Shown here piece by piece: positions 40,485 to 52,480 of a DNA stretch of 64,000 bases. The stretch is taken from the NCBI GenBank assembly GCA_973895155.1, contig OZ316894.1, positions 20,962,451 through 21,026,450 on the forward strand. Reading direction: 5' to 3'. Within the stretch, counting starts at the first letter, position 1. The number at the start of each line of letters is the position of its first letter. The notes under the pieces were generated by a model. That model had not been told where the DNA came from. It did not search any database and was given only the letters and a program-made list of their open reading frames with translations. Origin of the DNA: Marsupella aquatica. Its lineage: Eukaryota > Plantae > Marchantiophyta. A program made the translations under genes and the position numbers.

Positions 40485-40639
40485 ACATTTCATGGAAGAA
40501 TGACTTTGAGTTGGACATAGTCACATCATGTTTGAGTTTAACCTAATTCTCATCTAAAAATCCCCCAAGACTTCTATTCAATGCCAATGTTTGGGCCATG
40601 ACTTGCCGTTGTAGTGTCCTTCCAGCATCTCATGCTGCT

Positions 40640-43600
40640 TGTGACGCCACCGGTACGGCGGTTAATGAGTGATTCGGTCTAACTGCGCTCGGCACGCGCG
40701 TTAGGAGTGTCTTAGACCGCTATTATTAGCATAATGACAGTATTTAGATAATCATTATGGGTAGGATATCATTAGGCAATAAGGGGGAATTCAGGTTCGG
40801 ACTGGCGGCTGGTCGCTATTCGCACACCCGGGTTACGAGCGTGGAGGAGCCCCTCCCTCGGGTCCGTATAATGAACTTAAGGAAGCGGCCACTGACACGC
40901 GCTGACTCAGACCGGCGGAGTGGCCGGCACACCACAAGCGTGAGCGGTTCAGCCTATGGGCGTTGAGGAGACGTCGGGGGATCGACAAGCCCTCAAGGTA
41001 TAAAAGGGGAGCCAACCCTTTGTAGTGCACCAGTCCATCAGTCCACGCGCCAGCTTCGACCCCATCTCTCTCGTTTGCTCTAAGTCGCCACTACTATCTC
41101 CTCTGAATATCGCACACAATCCTCTCCAGCTCGGCCATTCGATTCTGGACGCAGTTCCTATCTACCGGAAGGCACTTGGACGACTCATTGAAACACGCCA
41201 ACCCGCGCCGATACGAAATCGAACGCGAGTACGAGCGAGCCATCCGCCTAGCAGGACGACACCACTACATCCTTAACTTTGACTACCCGTCTCAGAGCAA
41301 GCTTTACCGACCAGCAGAGGTATCCGGGTACTTCTTCAACGGAGACAAATATATCGGGTTCTGGGAAGCATTGCTTCGGCTTCCGGACGAGGTCTTCAAT
41401 ATCCCGGGTACGATCGACTTGCAGCGACATCACTTCGACCACATCCCTGCTCAGGTTCGGGCTATCATCAATAGCGAGTCCAACACTACCCGTTCGACAA
41501 GGTCGTCTACACTCGCTTCAGAGAACTTCTACCAGCACCTACAGAGCTTCATAGGAACTCGGCCAGCAACCAACATGACCAACTCAGTTGTACCCGTACC
41601 CGTACAACCTCAGGCTCAGCTTCAGCTTCAGCCTCAGCCGCAGCCTAGCCAAACCCCACCACCGATCGCCCAGCCAGCACAAGTACGCTTCGTCATCAAC
41701 GTTGTGGATCTTAGCGATGACGACGAGGCTACCCTACCCTTGACCAGGCGGCCCAGAGGAACAAGCGCTCAGGGGGCCGATACTATATCGTCCCCACCCC
41801 CTTCTCTGACCCCAGGAGCGGCCCCGGCAGACAATATTTTGACCGTGGCCGACCCGGGCCCGTTACTAACGGCAGTAGCACTACCCAGGCCCGATCGGGA
41901 GGATGGGGAGGTGTCACCTTCCCCAAGCCAGTCACGGGGGAAGAAGAGGAAGGAATCCGCCACTGCATCCGGGTTACCATTGGCCACGGTAGCCGTGGCC
42001 AAGGTGACGATGCACTGCATGGGGGAAAACGTTCACAAAAACATCCTCCATCCCAAGCATGCGGTGTACCTGAAGACTCAGGGATTCGAGCACCTTGCCT
42101 CCCTCCCCTGGAACACTTGCAGGTACTACGGGGAGGACATGACGAAGTTCGTCAGGAATTATGACGACGCGCGTCAACATACTCGGCTACAGGGAAGGAG
42201 TATGTCCCTCACGGAAGAACGGCTCAGGATGATCTTCGGGTTACCCGAAGATGACCATCGAGTCGAATCACGGGCTCCCGGGGGCAAGGGAGCCAAGTAC
42301 CAATCTTCAAGTTTTCCCTCAGAGGGAGCAGTGGACAACGGGTTCGTGATGAAAACCTGCCTCATCCCCGAGATAGCTGAGCGACTGGAGTTCCAGAGGT
42401 ACGCCCTCCACATGATGGAACCCCGGGGGGAGATCTCCGCCGCCCAGGTTATCCAGGTCGAGAACTATCGACCTAGGAGGTGGGCGTCGTACTTCGCTAA
42501 GAAATTCCATGAAGAAATGGAGCGGTGAAGGAAGACATTGTACATTGGCGGGAAGGCATATTTCGCTAGCCACATCAAGATCATTCTTGAGTGGTACGCC
42601 CGGTTTGATCGACGAACCCTTCCCCGTGTCAACGTTACAAAGCTGGTCCCAGCTAGGTGGGTTTTCCCGACCTTGGAGAGACGGCCCCAGCCCGAGGCCC
42701 GAAGTCCAGCGGACACGCTAGCTTCACCCACCCCACCTCCACAAGTAGCTGTAGTCGTAACCGAGGAGGTACCGGATGGGTTGGGTGTCGCAACCGTTGA
42801 TGCGACCCAACAGGCTGGGCTAAGTACAGAAGTCGGTACGGCGGAGGTCTTACCCGAGCCCAGTTCTTCCAAAGACCCACTGGTGGCTATTCCGGAGAAC
42901 CGGACATTGCTACAGGAGGACGCTCCAGCCCCTTCCAACGTTACGTCCCCAGGGCTGGACGTCACTGCCCCGGCCCCCGCGCGTGTGGACGTCTGCCCGT
43001 GCCCAACTCCGGACAGGCACAACCTGGACCACCCGGAACTCTTCGTACCGGGTACATTTCTGAACGGGCTTCTGGGAGATTTCTCTCATCAAATTGCCCG
43101 GGATACCGGGGAGTTCATGGCCCGGAAGGTAGCCTGTTTCTTCAATCAGGAGTTGGTTGCCGTAGTAAAGGCAGGTCGGGCCCAGTCAGAGGCCCTTCAG
43201 AGGATAGAGCGGTACCGGGTGGAGTCCGTGTACCTAAAGAACAAAGTTGCGGCTCAAGAGGCTGAGCTTCGGCAACTATGACCCAAGGTTGTAGCCACCG
43301 ATGAGTTGTTAGCAAAGGCGCACGCTCTTACCGCCCTAGCCGAACAGGCCAAAGTTGGGAACGAAGCCGAGATTACACGACTCCGGAACCAGATTGACAG
43401 TTTGAAGAATCAAACTGTCACCTGGCAGAAAGACCTGGAGGAGGCCGAGGAACGGGCCCAGCGGGACACGGTGGAGATAGCCACGCTGCAGGCCGAGGTG
43501 GCGCGGCTCCAAACCGAGGCCGAGAAGCAGGACCAGCTGGCGGGTAAACTGACAAGTGACGCCCAGCAGTTGGAGGAGGCTTGTCAGGAGGCAGCAGAGG

Positions 43601-44633
43601 AGACGGACGCGGCGAGGCGAGAGAACGAATCTCTGCTGGACCAGGTCCAGCTCCTCAAGGCGGACAATGACAGGCTTCGAAGGCAGTGGGATGGCCGCTC
43701 CCATTCAGGTGGCTCTGGCAAGCTTGCCAGGCATTAGCGGCGGAGTAGGAATAGAGTAGGATTAGGACTAGCTTAGTCAGGCTCTTGGGACAGGCACCTG
43801 CCTTAGGTACAGCATTGCTGCCGTGCTGTCCTGCCTGCATAGATTAGGATCTTCTAATAAGACACAGCCGTTTCCGGCCTGACTGTCAGCTTAGTTAGGA
43901 CCGTAGTCAGTGAATCTTCGGCGAGAGGATACCCCGTCCCTCGGCCCTTAGTATTTAGTGCACCCCTCGGTAGAGACGGGGGGGGTTTTTAGTTGCAAAG
44001 TTGGGCGTCCGCGGTATGTGTGGGGAGTCCCGACCTCTGGGAATGAAAGAGTACCAAGGGGAGGGGGTAGGACTAAGCTCGTCGGGCGAGTGCGGAGCCG
44101 GGCTCCGTTGTAGTGTGCACCCTCGGCCTTGAACCTGTTCATTGCGGGGCTGTCGGGTCAACTAAGTGTACGCATATGTTCCCTTTGTAGTAAAATCCTT
44201 TCCCATCATTTTCCTTCGTGTAAATCGAGATTGTATGCATGTGCGCGTGTATGTGTGTGGGTTTCTCGTATATGGGTGGCAGCGCCAGGCCGAACGCACT
44301 ACCCGAGACGTGCACAGGGTGCAGCCTGCGGGTAAGTGGTTGCGAGCACGGGTTGAGGACCTGTATCATCGAATCCGGATCGAAGGCGGACAGCACGAAG
44401 GTTTAGAAGCCCTTAAGCCGGGGTCGATCCTGCTATCGACTAAGGTATGTTCCGGCGGCGGAACACAAACCATACCTAGGAGGTGTCCGTATTTAGCAGT
44501 ATGCGCACTTAGCGCTAGTTTACGAGAATAAGGTGCATTACGTGCTTCCTTTCCTGCCCGAACCCTAAGATTTACGAGGGATGTGCCCGTCTAAGCTGAA
44601 GTCTGAGTTAAGGCCGCAGCCGATGACGTGACA
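40640..44633 (+). mobile_element. ~4.0 kb solo-LTR-like element containing a long ORF
   Basis: TGTGACG...CGTGACA ends; 5-bp TSD CTGCT (40635-40639, 44634-44638); TATAAAAGGGG at ~40999; no internal direct repeat, PBS, gag or pol. Confidence 0.85.
41107..43737 (+). pseudogene. Accessory protein inside the LTR-like unit (conserved domain plus Pro-rich linkers plus coiled coil), ~875 codons
   Basis: ORFs 41176-42528, 42538-43281 and 43306-43737 share one frame, split by TGA at 42526 and 43279. GFEHLASLPW..LRMIFGLP..DNGFVMKTC..ERLEF resembles the 14783-16615 protein. Start codon uncertain. Confidence 0.75.
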
Positions 44634-46764
44634 CTGCTCGTGACAAGACATTGTAGGAATGTCCAGCATCTTCAGGAATAGTAGGATTGTTGTCTACAGG
44701 CAATGGAGGGTCTCGGCTAATATCTGCAGGAGTCCACTCATCCCTCATTGCCAACACATAATTATGTAAATAAGCACACACTCGAATCCACCTACACATC
44801 CACACTTTGCATTTTTTGTCGTTTAGTTGAGTTCTAATTTCCCTCAATGAGAACCACCGGGATTTCAGCATGCCAATGCAATGCTCATTGACATATCGAG
44901 TTTTGGCAATGCAGAAATTAAAGTCTGTTTTGTCCTGGTGTCCATAACAATTTTTATATGCAGCCACCATGTGGGGTGCATTCACATACCCCGAGTCTCC
45001 AAGCACATATTGTCCTTCTTCAAAAAACTCATTGGCATGTATGTGAGGCCACAGATCGGATCTCTTAACACATGTTATGCCTTGGCAAGACCCAGCCATC
45101 CCTACACAGTTTCAAAGAAATACAATCAGCAAATAGCAAACACTCATTGAAAAACAACAACAATAAAATAGGAAACAACAACTCTATGGATTAACACTCA
45201 AGGATACAACTCACCGCTGTATAGAAAAGTTATCTTCCTTTTATGGTCGCATACAATTTGTGCATTGATTGAATATTTGCATTTTCTGTCATAAACTCTC
45301 CGTGATCCTTGGGCCGTTGAGAGAGTGGGAGAGTAGTTCCGTCTATCAATCCCACACACCCTGCAAAACCCTTCTTGGCAAACTCATCCGAAATCTTTCG
45401 CCTCTCATCTCTATCTGGCCAACTTAATTGACCACTAATGGCATCCTCAAGAGCCGTCACACAACGTTGAGTATAGTTCACGCATGACCCCACACTTCTG
45501 CCCCATAGAAGAAGGGTGTGATTCAAACATACCCCATTACCAGAATGACCTAACCGGTCTAAACAAGCTGCCAGTTGAAGTGATACTGCTGCCTGGTCAT
45601 GGAAAGACTTATTCGTGAAGATTGGGTGCATCTCAATCAATTCCACCAAGTTGAAAAAGGAGACCTTATCCATCCTAGTAATTTGTCTGAAATGATCGTT
45701 TGTAAGCATATTCTTAAAAAAATGGTCAGAAAACTCCTTGGATTGGACCCTTTGGGTGCGAATACTTAGAAAGCGAGAGCTCTCCATAATTGCACCTAAC
45801 TCAAGAAACTCTGCCGGTTTAGCATCTAGGCTAGTGGTATCATCTATGCCTACCTCTGAGTCACTTGAGGAATCCATTTCCATGACACTGTTAACACTAT
45901 CCATAGCTGATAGTGCATTGCTGTTTGATGAATTGGAAGACAAGGAAGAATAGTTAGAGGAACTTTCCACAAGCATAGTCAAATACAGTTGAGATCTGAT
46001 CCATTTGAGGCACTGTTGTCGATTCGACACCTTAGGCATTTCCTTTGGTCTGTCCGGCCTGTTGAGAATTTAAGCCCATTAGAAAGATTGTAGTAGTACC
46101 AATGCTCAATTGGGATTGCTTCTATAAAAATGGCAAAAAGATCAGTTTTCTTCAAAGTCATGTAATACCTCCGGTTTGACTTTGGCTTTCGCAGCAGAAG
46201 ATACAAAAGATTCGACGATTGTATCACACCTTCACCCAAAACTCCAGTCCATTTTCCTTCACTTCGTCTCGTCCTTATGAATATATTCTCAGTAAGAAGT
46301 AGTAAAGCAGCTTCGATCAATCTAATTTCAATTCATCTAGAATCAACAGAGATCACAGAGATGTGTCATGTCTCAGCATTAATTGCCTTTGCTTCTTGTA
46401 AATCTCAAAACAGAAGGTAGTGAACCTCAGAGTAGATCTTATTTCCATTCTCGATGTTCCAGACAGACACTAGAAATGTCTTCACAAATTCGCAGTCTTC
46501 TCTAATTCTCGGGTAAGAAATTACATTGGTACTTTTTGCAAAGTCGTGGCTGAACTTGCCGTCGTAGGTAGCTGAGCGCAGGCTTCGATGCCTCGGTTTT
46601 TGGGCTGGAAATCAGATGTTCTCACAATGATCCCGAACCGGAAGAGTCAATCACGGAACACAGTTGTGGTGATCAGAATGTTCATGAAGATCGGATCAGA
46701 GCTATATGAAGAGTTGGTGGGATCAGAGGGAAAATTAGGGCATGGTTGGATTGATGTCCTGTTT

Positions 46765-47589
46765 CTAGGTTTCACTTTGATTTTGATTGAGCGTTCCTCT
46801 TTGGTTCTGAGACAATTTCGATGGAAGAGTGAGTGCTATAGCTATTTTTGCTCGAGAGTGGGTGAGCGTAAGAAATCGATGTCTTTGGACTTTTTCGGGA
46901 AGCAGAGCGCAGAGACAGCAATTGCTCACGATTGAGGAATCGAGACTCAAGAGTTTGGGAAGGAAACGGGCAAGGATCGACGAGAGGGGATGGAAAGCGA
47001 AAAAGGAGCTTGAATTAAACAAACTGGTAGCAATTTGTCTCTCCGGTTCTCGTCGCTTCTTATGCTGCCATTGATACAAGTGTGCAAGGACCTCGGTGAG
47101 CTCAGCCATCCCCTCTCTGTAAAAGTTCCCTTTGTTGTCTTGACGGCAAGACCAGAAATCCCGCGGGCAGGTGGTGTGGACCACCCTTGTGGGTGCCCGT
47201 CCCCAGTTCGCCCGCGGCCGTGGATGATGTGTCACGGGCGGCCAAAAAACCGGCCCGTTGTCGTGGTAACTTTGGTGCAAATAGTACACCTAAGTTACAC
47301 GGGTATATTTTGGGTTTGCAACATCTCGACTTAAGATGACAAATAAGACCATAAGTCGGGTACCTATGCTTGTAGCGGGTTGCCGATTCATAAAGAAATG
47401 AGGAACGAGAGGAGGAGGCAACAACTCTAAGGCAAGAAAGCAGCAATGGACGGAGTGCACGGGGCGCCAGTTGGATTTCCAAATCACGTTGAATTTCAGT
47501 TCCGGGTTATGGAGAAAGTTCATTTTCGGCAATTCATCGTGCATCACTTTGGTGTGCGATTCCTTCGGGAGGTTGAAGAATCCGCTCAA
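46765..47589 (-). pseudogene. Unknown cargo ORF in the Harbinger element (paralog B)
   Basis: ORFs 47290-47589 and 46765-47289 are contiguous and in frame across one TAG. Confidence 0.5.
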
Positions 47590-48573
47590 CCTTTGTTCTT
47601 ACCCACGCTTACATATGCACATAAGTAGGTTATATGTTTTTATGTTTTAACATAGTAGCTAGTTTGGTGATTCATCATGCCTAGTTACAAAATTTAGGCA
47701 TCCTATGATGGGTTAGAGTGACGACAAAGCACTTCTAAATAAAGTATTGTGGGCTATAGGAATAATTATCATAAACTAGAGTATAGGTCTACTAGGTGGC
47801 TTTAATTTTCCACTAGATTTGTGACATAGCAAAATATATAGGGATACGTGGCATACATGTGTAAAAGGCCTTGCATGGTTGCATGTCCATTTAGAATCAA
47901 ACACATGGCCAATTAGGTGTCGAAAGGAGGATAAGCATGGAAACATGCCCAATAGTATCCAAACACCTTGTTGTTTACATGTTCAAATATTATTAGACCA
48001 TGTGTACCAAAGGGGTGAGTCATTACCCCTCCAAAGCACTATAAATAAGAGGCCTGCCCCTTGGGGGTAGCATGGTGAGTTTTCTTTGTTATTCCAAACT
48101 TATGTGCAAGAATAGTGTGGGAAGTATAAAAATTCATAGAATGTGCTTGGAAGCTAGAGTTGTGACATTGTTAGAAAGTTATTAAATAGTAAAGGTTGTA
48201 CTATATAGGAAATCGTTATGATATATTTTTCTTAGGGAAATAGTATTCTAACTTTGATCACCTTGATGAGCACATCAAGTTTGCTTTTGGAATCACTTGA
48301 TTTTGGTATAATACTAGAAATTTATGATGACTTGAAGGTTTAGATTATGCTCAAATAGAACCATATTTTTCTGAGTTTGAATATTGCTTATAATATTTTC
48401 CTAGAATAAGATACATATTTGAAATTTTTTCCTGGAAATAGACAAGAAGCTATGTCATGCCTAGGAAAAAGTTTCGAGGGTATATCTATCTTTAAGTGAG
48501 ATATATAGTATGATGACGGTGACAGGGTCTTCGTAGCCTGCAATCTAGATAGGTCCACCATTTTTCTTTGTAC

Positions 48574-48855
48574 CTATTGATGGAGATAGAGTTTTGACTC
48601 GAACCTTTGAGGGATGATAGGATAGTAAGTACTTGGCTTATTTGATATGGTACAAAGGAAATTGACAACCGTAGGTGAATTTCCTATGTTCAAAAAGCTT
48701 GTACTGTGATTCTGAATTACAAGATGAACCTCAATAGAGTTCCTGGGCCTAATTTTAGTATAGATTGTAATGTTCGGGTGATATGTCGCCAAAAAACTGA
48801 GTTTCGAGCCTTCATCATCAGAAACTTTGGGGAGTCGGCATATACCATGATCATT
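48574..48855 (-). pseudogene. Unknown cargo ORF in the Harbinger element (paralog A)
   Basis: GICRLPKVSDDEGSKLSFL..IRPRNSIEVH..NIG..LYLHQ shares motifs with paralog B. Confidence 0.4.
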
Positions 48856-49276
48856 TCATCCCCGATTCCATTCGTTGTTCCCATGACAATTGAGAGATTT
48901 TGGGTAATGATCGTAGTATTTTATTAGCACGTCGTAGCGCATTGTTCTTTCGACAGACAGAAGCCCGGGCTTTCCCGACATCGCCCACGAACTTCACGAC
49001 ACCGTCACAAATAATGAGACCCCCTAATAACTAAATCTCTCTTGGCACGTTGACCTGATGACAAAATAATTGTGACAATTTTCTCAACCTTCTGCTGCCA
49101 CGAAGGAAGAAGTGGACATGATTCTATGTTGATCACTCAACACTCCTTCCATGGCATCATCATCGCAGTTCCTAACTCGGTGATGCCTCTCGCTACTGTT
49201 AGATTGTCCAACGCATGAGGCACGAGTGAACGAAAGAGAAGCAAGCTTAGTAGGGTTCAGTAAGGGCCTCGTTTAC

Positions 49277-49426
49277 GTGCAGATGGTGTTGAAGAGCCTG
49301 GGCATGAAAGAAGGACATAGTTATAAGAAATGTCAGCAGATGATCAAGGGAGTCGATGCGGACGGTAATGGGAAGGTGGACTTTCAGGAGTTCAAGGAGT
49401 TGATGTCGTATGAAGCTTTCCGTTAA
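49277..49426 (+). pseudogene. Calmodulin-like (CML) C-terminal EF-hand fragment
   Basis: VLKSLGMKEGHSYKKCQQMIKGVDADGNGKVDFQEFKELM: canonical DxDGNGxVDFxEF loop in a CML3/7-type context; upstream EF hands absent. Confidence 0.75.
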
Positions 49427-50855
49427 TAGGGGGTCCACGAACTAATTTTGGAGAAGAAGTGCACATAGAGTAAAGGACTCGGTTGCAGTGATATATATAA
49501 GTAAAGTGTTGTGTCATAGAGAATGTTTGGGTATGGTCGGGATTTTTGGGGATTAGCAACAATTCCAAGTTTGTGAGAGAGCAAAGGATCGCAAGAGACT
49601 CCAAAGTTTGAGAGCCTGGTTTTCAAACACGTGTTTTCAATCCTCTGGTTTTTCCTCATCTAGCTAATTGTTGAAGAATTGGGACGATTTTCTTGATATT
49701 TCAAGATGAGCAAATGCCTACACTCAAAGAAGCGCTGCTGCGGATCTTGAAAGCGCCAATGAGGCTCCAGAGCCAGAGAAGTAGAATCACAACAGCAAAC
49801 GAACCATTCCCAAATCGCCTGGAACGCATCCAAGCTTCCTTAAAAATGGTGCTACATTAGTGTTCCGAATCCATCTTAAGCATTTGCGAGCCTTGATGTC
49901 CCTATCCGCTTGCAGTCTTGTAAACTTGCAAAGACCTGTTCGATTAGGATTGACGTGTAGGCTCTGAGAGAGATGTTGGTAACTCTCAGCCTGTCTCCAA
50001 CATTTCACTTTTTTTTGGAGTAGCATGCAGTCAAGGCATAAAGGCAAATGGTGGACTTTATCATGCTCGCAGCAGGGGAACCATTGGGACTTCAATCAAG
50101 CTTTGGGAGAAGTTCGACACAGTGGACATAACACTCTTGGTAAAGCATGGGCATAGGAGCAAAAAAATTCGCCTTTAGCAATCGCGGGATGACATAAATG
50201 GAAACATAGTAGTTCCTCTATTAAATCTGGAAACATGAATCCTACCAAAAGATTGGATTTTGTAGAATATGTGCAGTTCGTGTTACAATTGTGCAGGGAC
50301 TGTTCTAGAGAAATTCCCGACACTGCCATCAGAAGACATCCTCTAGTGCTAATTTGGATAAGAGTATTTCAACTATTTCATGCTTACAGTGGCTCGAGTT
50401 TCGAAGGTGACTGAACATGCGGGTGCAGGACCTTGTTTGAATCTTATGTGCATATTAACATTTAAAAAAATTGAGAGCAAGTGAAGGTCAGCCTCAATAA
50501 GGAGTGAAGCACAAAAAGTGCATCGTGTACTAAAAAATAGTTGGTGTGTGGAAAGTGAAGGTTTTCACAATGACGGGCGAGTAAAGCCACCCATGGTGAG
50601 AAACACAGCGGCAAAATCGAGGGATATCCATTTTCCTTCTGCCAGATTGTTATCTTTGACAACGGAAACTCTGGTAATCTCTTCCGACAAGGGAGACTGT
50701 CCAAGAAAAATCGTATTGCAATGTGGTCCAAATAATTATGTATCAGAGACTTGCAATAGTCTAAAGACTAACAGCCGGGAATAAAACTAAATAACAAACA
50801 TTACCACAATACACTCAAATAAACTACCCGGAAGCTATATGGAACATCAATTCAA

Positions 50856-51007
50856 TCAAATGAAATGCTGAAGAGATTATCGCTGTAGAGTCGAAGAGTT
50901 TTTCGCCAGTTTTAGAAAATGTGAAGTAGCTTCAAATGAAATGCTGAAGTGATTGTCGCTATAGAGTCACAGAGTTTTTCGCCAGTTTTAGAAAATGTGA
51001 AGTAGCT
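50856..51007. repeat. ~76-bp tandem duplication
   Basis: tcaaatgaaatgctgaag...gaaaatgtgaagtagct x2. Confidence 0.9.
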
Positions 51008-52244
51008 AGACACTGACTGTCCACCGAATGCGTGTGAATTCTTCCAAAGGCATTGCTATCGCTTTCATTCCAGCCTCACTGTTATGAGGAAGTTAAACCA
51101 CATTCCATCAGATTTCACAGAGCTCAGTTTAGCCAACATAGACTTGACCCATTAAATTGAAGAAACTCATACTTCTAGTTAGTTAGCCGACCGTAAAACT
51201 GGACAGACGCCTCTCTGCAGATGCAGTCCAAAGGTTTCGCCTCGCCGCTCCTGGAACTCCCTTTGCAGGCCATTCCAGAAGGACGAAAGTAAATTATCGG
51301 TCCACTTTCTTTGTCTTCTCCACCAATTAATAACATAGCTCCCCTCCCCGTCCTATGAACTTGGTTGATTTCACCCATCCATCTGTACCTCGTTGCTCTC
51401 TGAAATAGGAGAAAGTTAGAGAGACAACCTTTTGTCCTGTCCAAACCAGCAGTTGGCTCCTCGTTATGCGTGTAGTCATCGAAGCTTCAGAGGTGCAACT
51501 CCCCACAGCTCAATGAAGAATTCCAACAACTTACAAACCTCCTCACAAACACTGCAACCAGAACGAAGCAGACACTCAGCGCTGCGACCCACATGAGGAC
51601 CACACCACGTGACCCCCTCCAACAGCGTTTGAGATTATCAAGAAAAAAATCTGACTCTCTGGTATAGTAGAATTATGCACACATTGCTGATCCCCAATTT
51701 GTAGCCTGTATAATGCAAATGAACGTGCCCAGCTGCTGAATTTACTAGAATTTACGAATGCAGAGAACGAGCCTGCTGTGAGCTACTCGATCCAAACCAA
51801 GCGGGAGTCAAGACCAATCGAAAGAAATCAGGACAAAGCATTTCTCCCTACGAAGCAAGTCGAAGAACCGAATGGGCCCAAACGGTAATGCGTGAATGTG
51901 ATGAGTGAGTGTAACGCTCTTGGAGATAGGGAAACCAAAACTACCAACCTCACAGGACAATCAGCTGGAAGGTCGAATGCTGAAGCACCTCTACGAATCC
52001 ATGGTGACTCACTCTAATCTTCTGCTTGGGAAGCTAGTCAAACCTCGATAAAGTCCCCGTCGTACTGTATCATTCTAAAACAGAGTTCGCACTCTTCAAA
52101 ATCGTAAATCCCAACGATGCTCGCAAATGTGTCGACTCTAGCTCGTAGTCTTAGATCTTTCCTCCAGCTCGCATTCCACCTCATATGCATGTTGCCAAGA
52201 CGGGCGGCTCACATTCGACCCAATTCACTCTGCTCTCTCAGCAG

Positions 52245-52480
52245 ACAACCACCACAAGAACAGCAATCGATGGAATTACGGAAAAGCCCATCAAATTCTG
52301 ACCCGAAAATTCTGCTCCAAGTGCCATTTCACAACCACCACAAGACCAGCAAATCGATGGATTTCGGAAAAGTCCATCAAATTCTGCTTAAGTGCCATTT
52401 TACAACCATCACAAGAACAGCAATCGATGGAATCACGGAAAAGCCGATCACATTCTGACTCCAAATTCTGCTCCAAGTGC
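52245..52480. repeat. Three-copy imperfect tandem repeat
   Basis: acaaccaccacaagaacagcaatcgatggaat..ggaaaagcc..aaattctgct..aagtgc units. Confidence 0.85.

Larger units (their letters stand above)
40543..46039 (-). pseudogene. Harbinger DDE transposase (DDE_Tnp_4/HARBI1-like)
   Basis: GCVGLIDGT, YDRK..YSINAQIVCD, YVLGDSGY, EHCIGMLKSRW, LHNY. Intron 45102-45214 (GT-AG); frameshift ~45293. The C-terminus is split by the 40640-44633 insertion and resumes at 40634-40543. Confidence 0.9.
38540..49025. mobile_element. PIF/Harbinger-superfamily DNA transposon (decayed, with nested insertion)
   Basis: TIRs AGGGGGTCTCATTATTTG(C/T)GAC at both ends; TSD AAT (38537-38539, 49026-49028); convergent Myb-like and DDE transposase genes. 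Confidence 0.92.

Noticed and set aside
47820-48460. LTR- or MITE-like AT-rich insertion in the Harbinger (tgacatagc/gctatgtca IR, TATA box)
   Set aside because: No TSD found; boundaries ambiguous
49700-51450. Possible TORNADO1/ROC-COR-like gene remnant on the minus strand
   Set aside because: Only vague motif echoes and many stops; not supportable without a search
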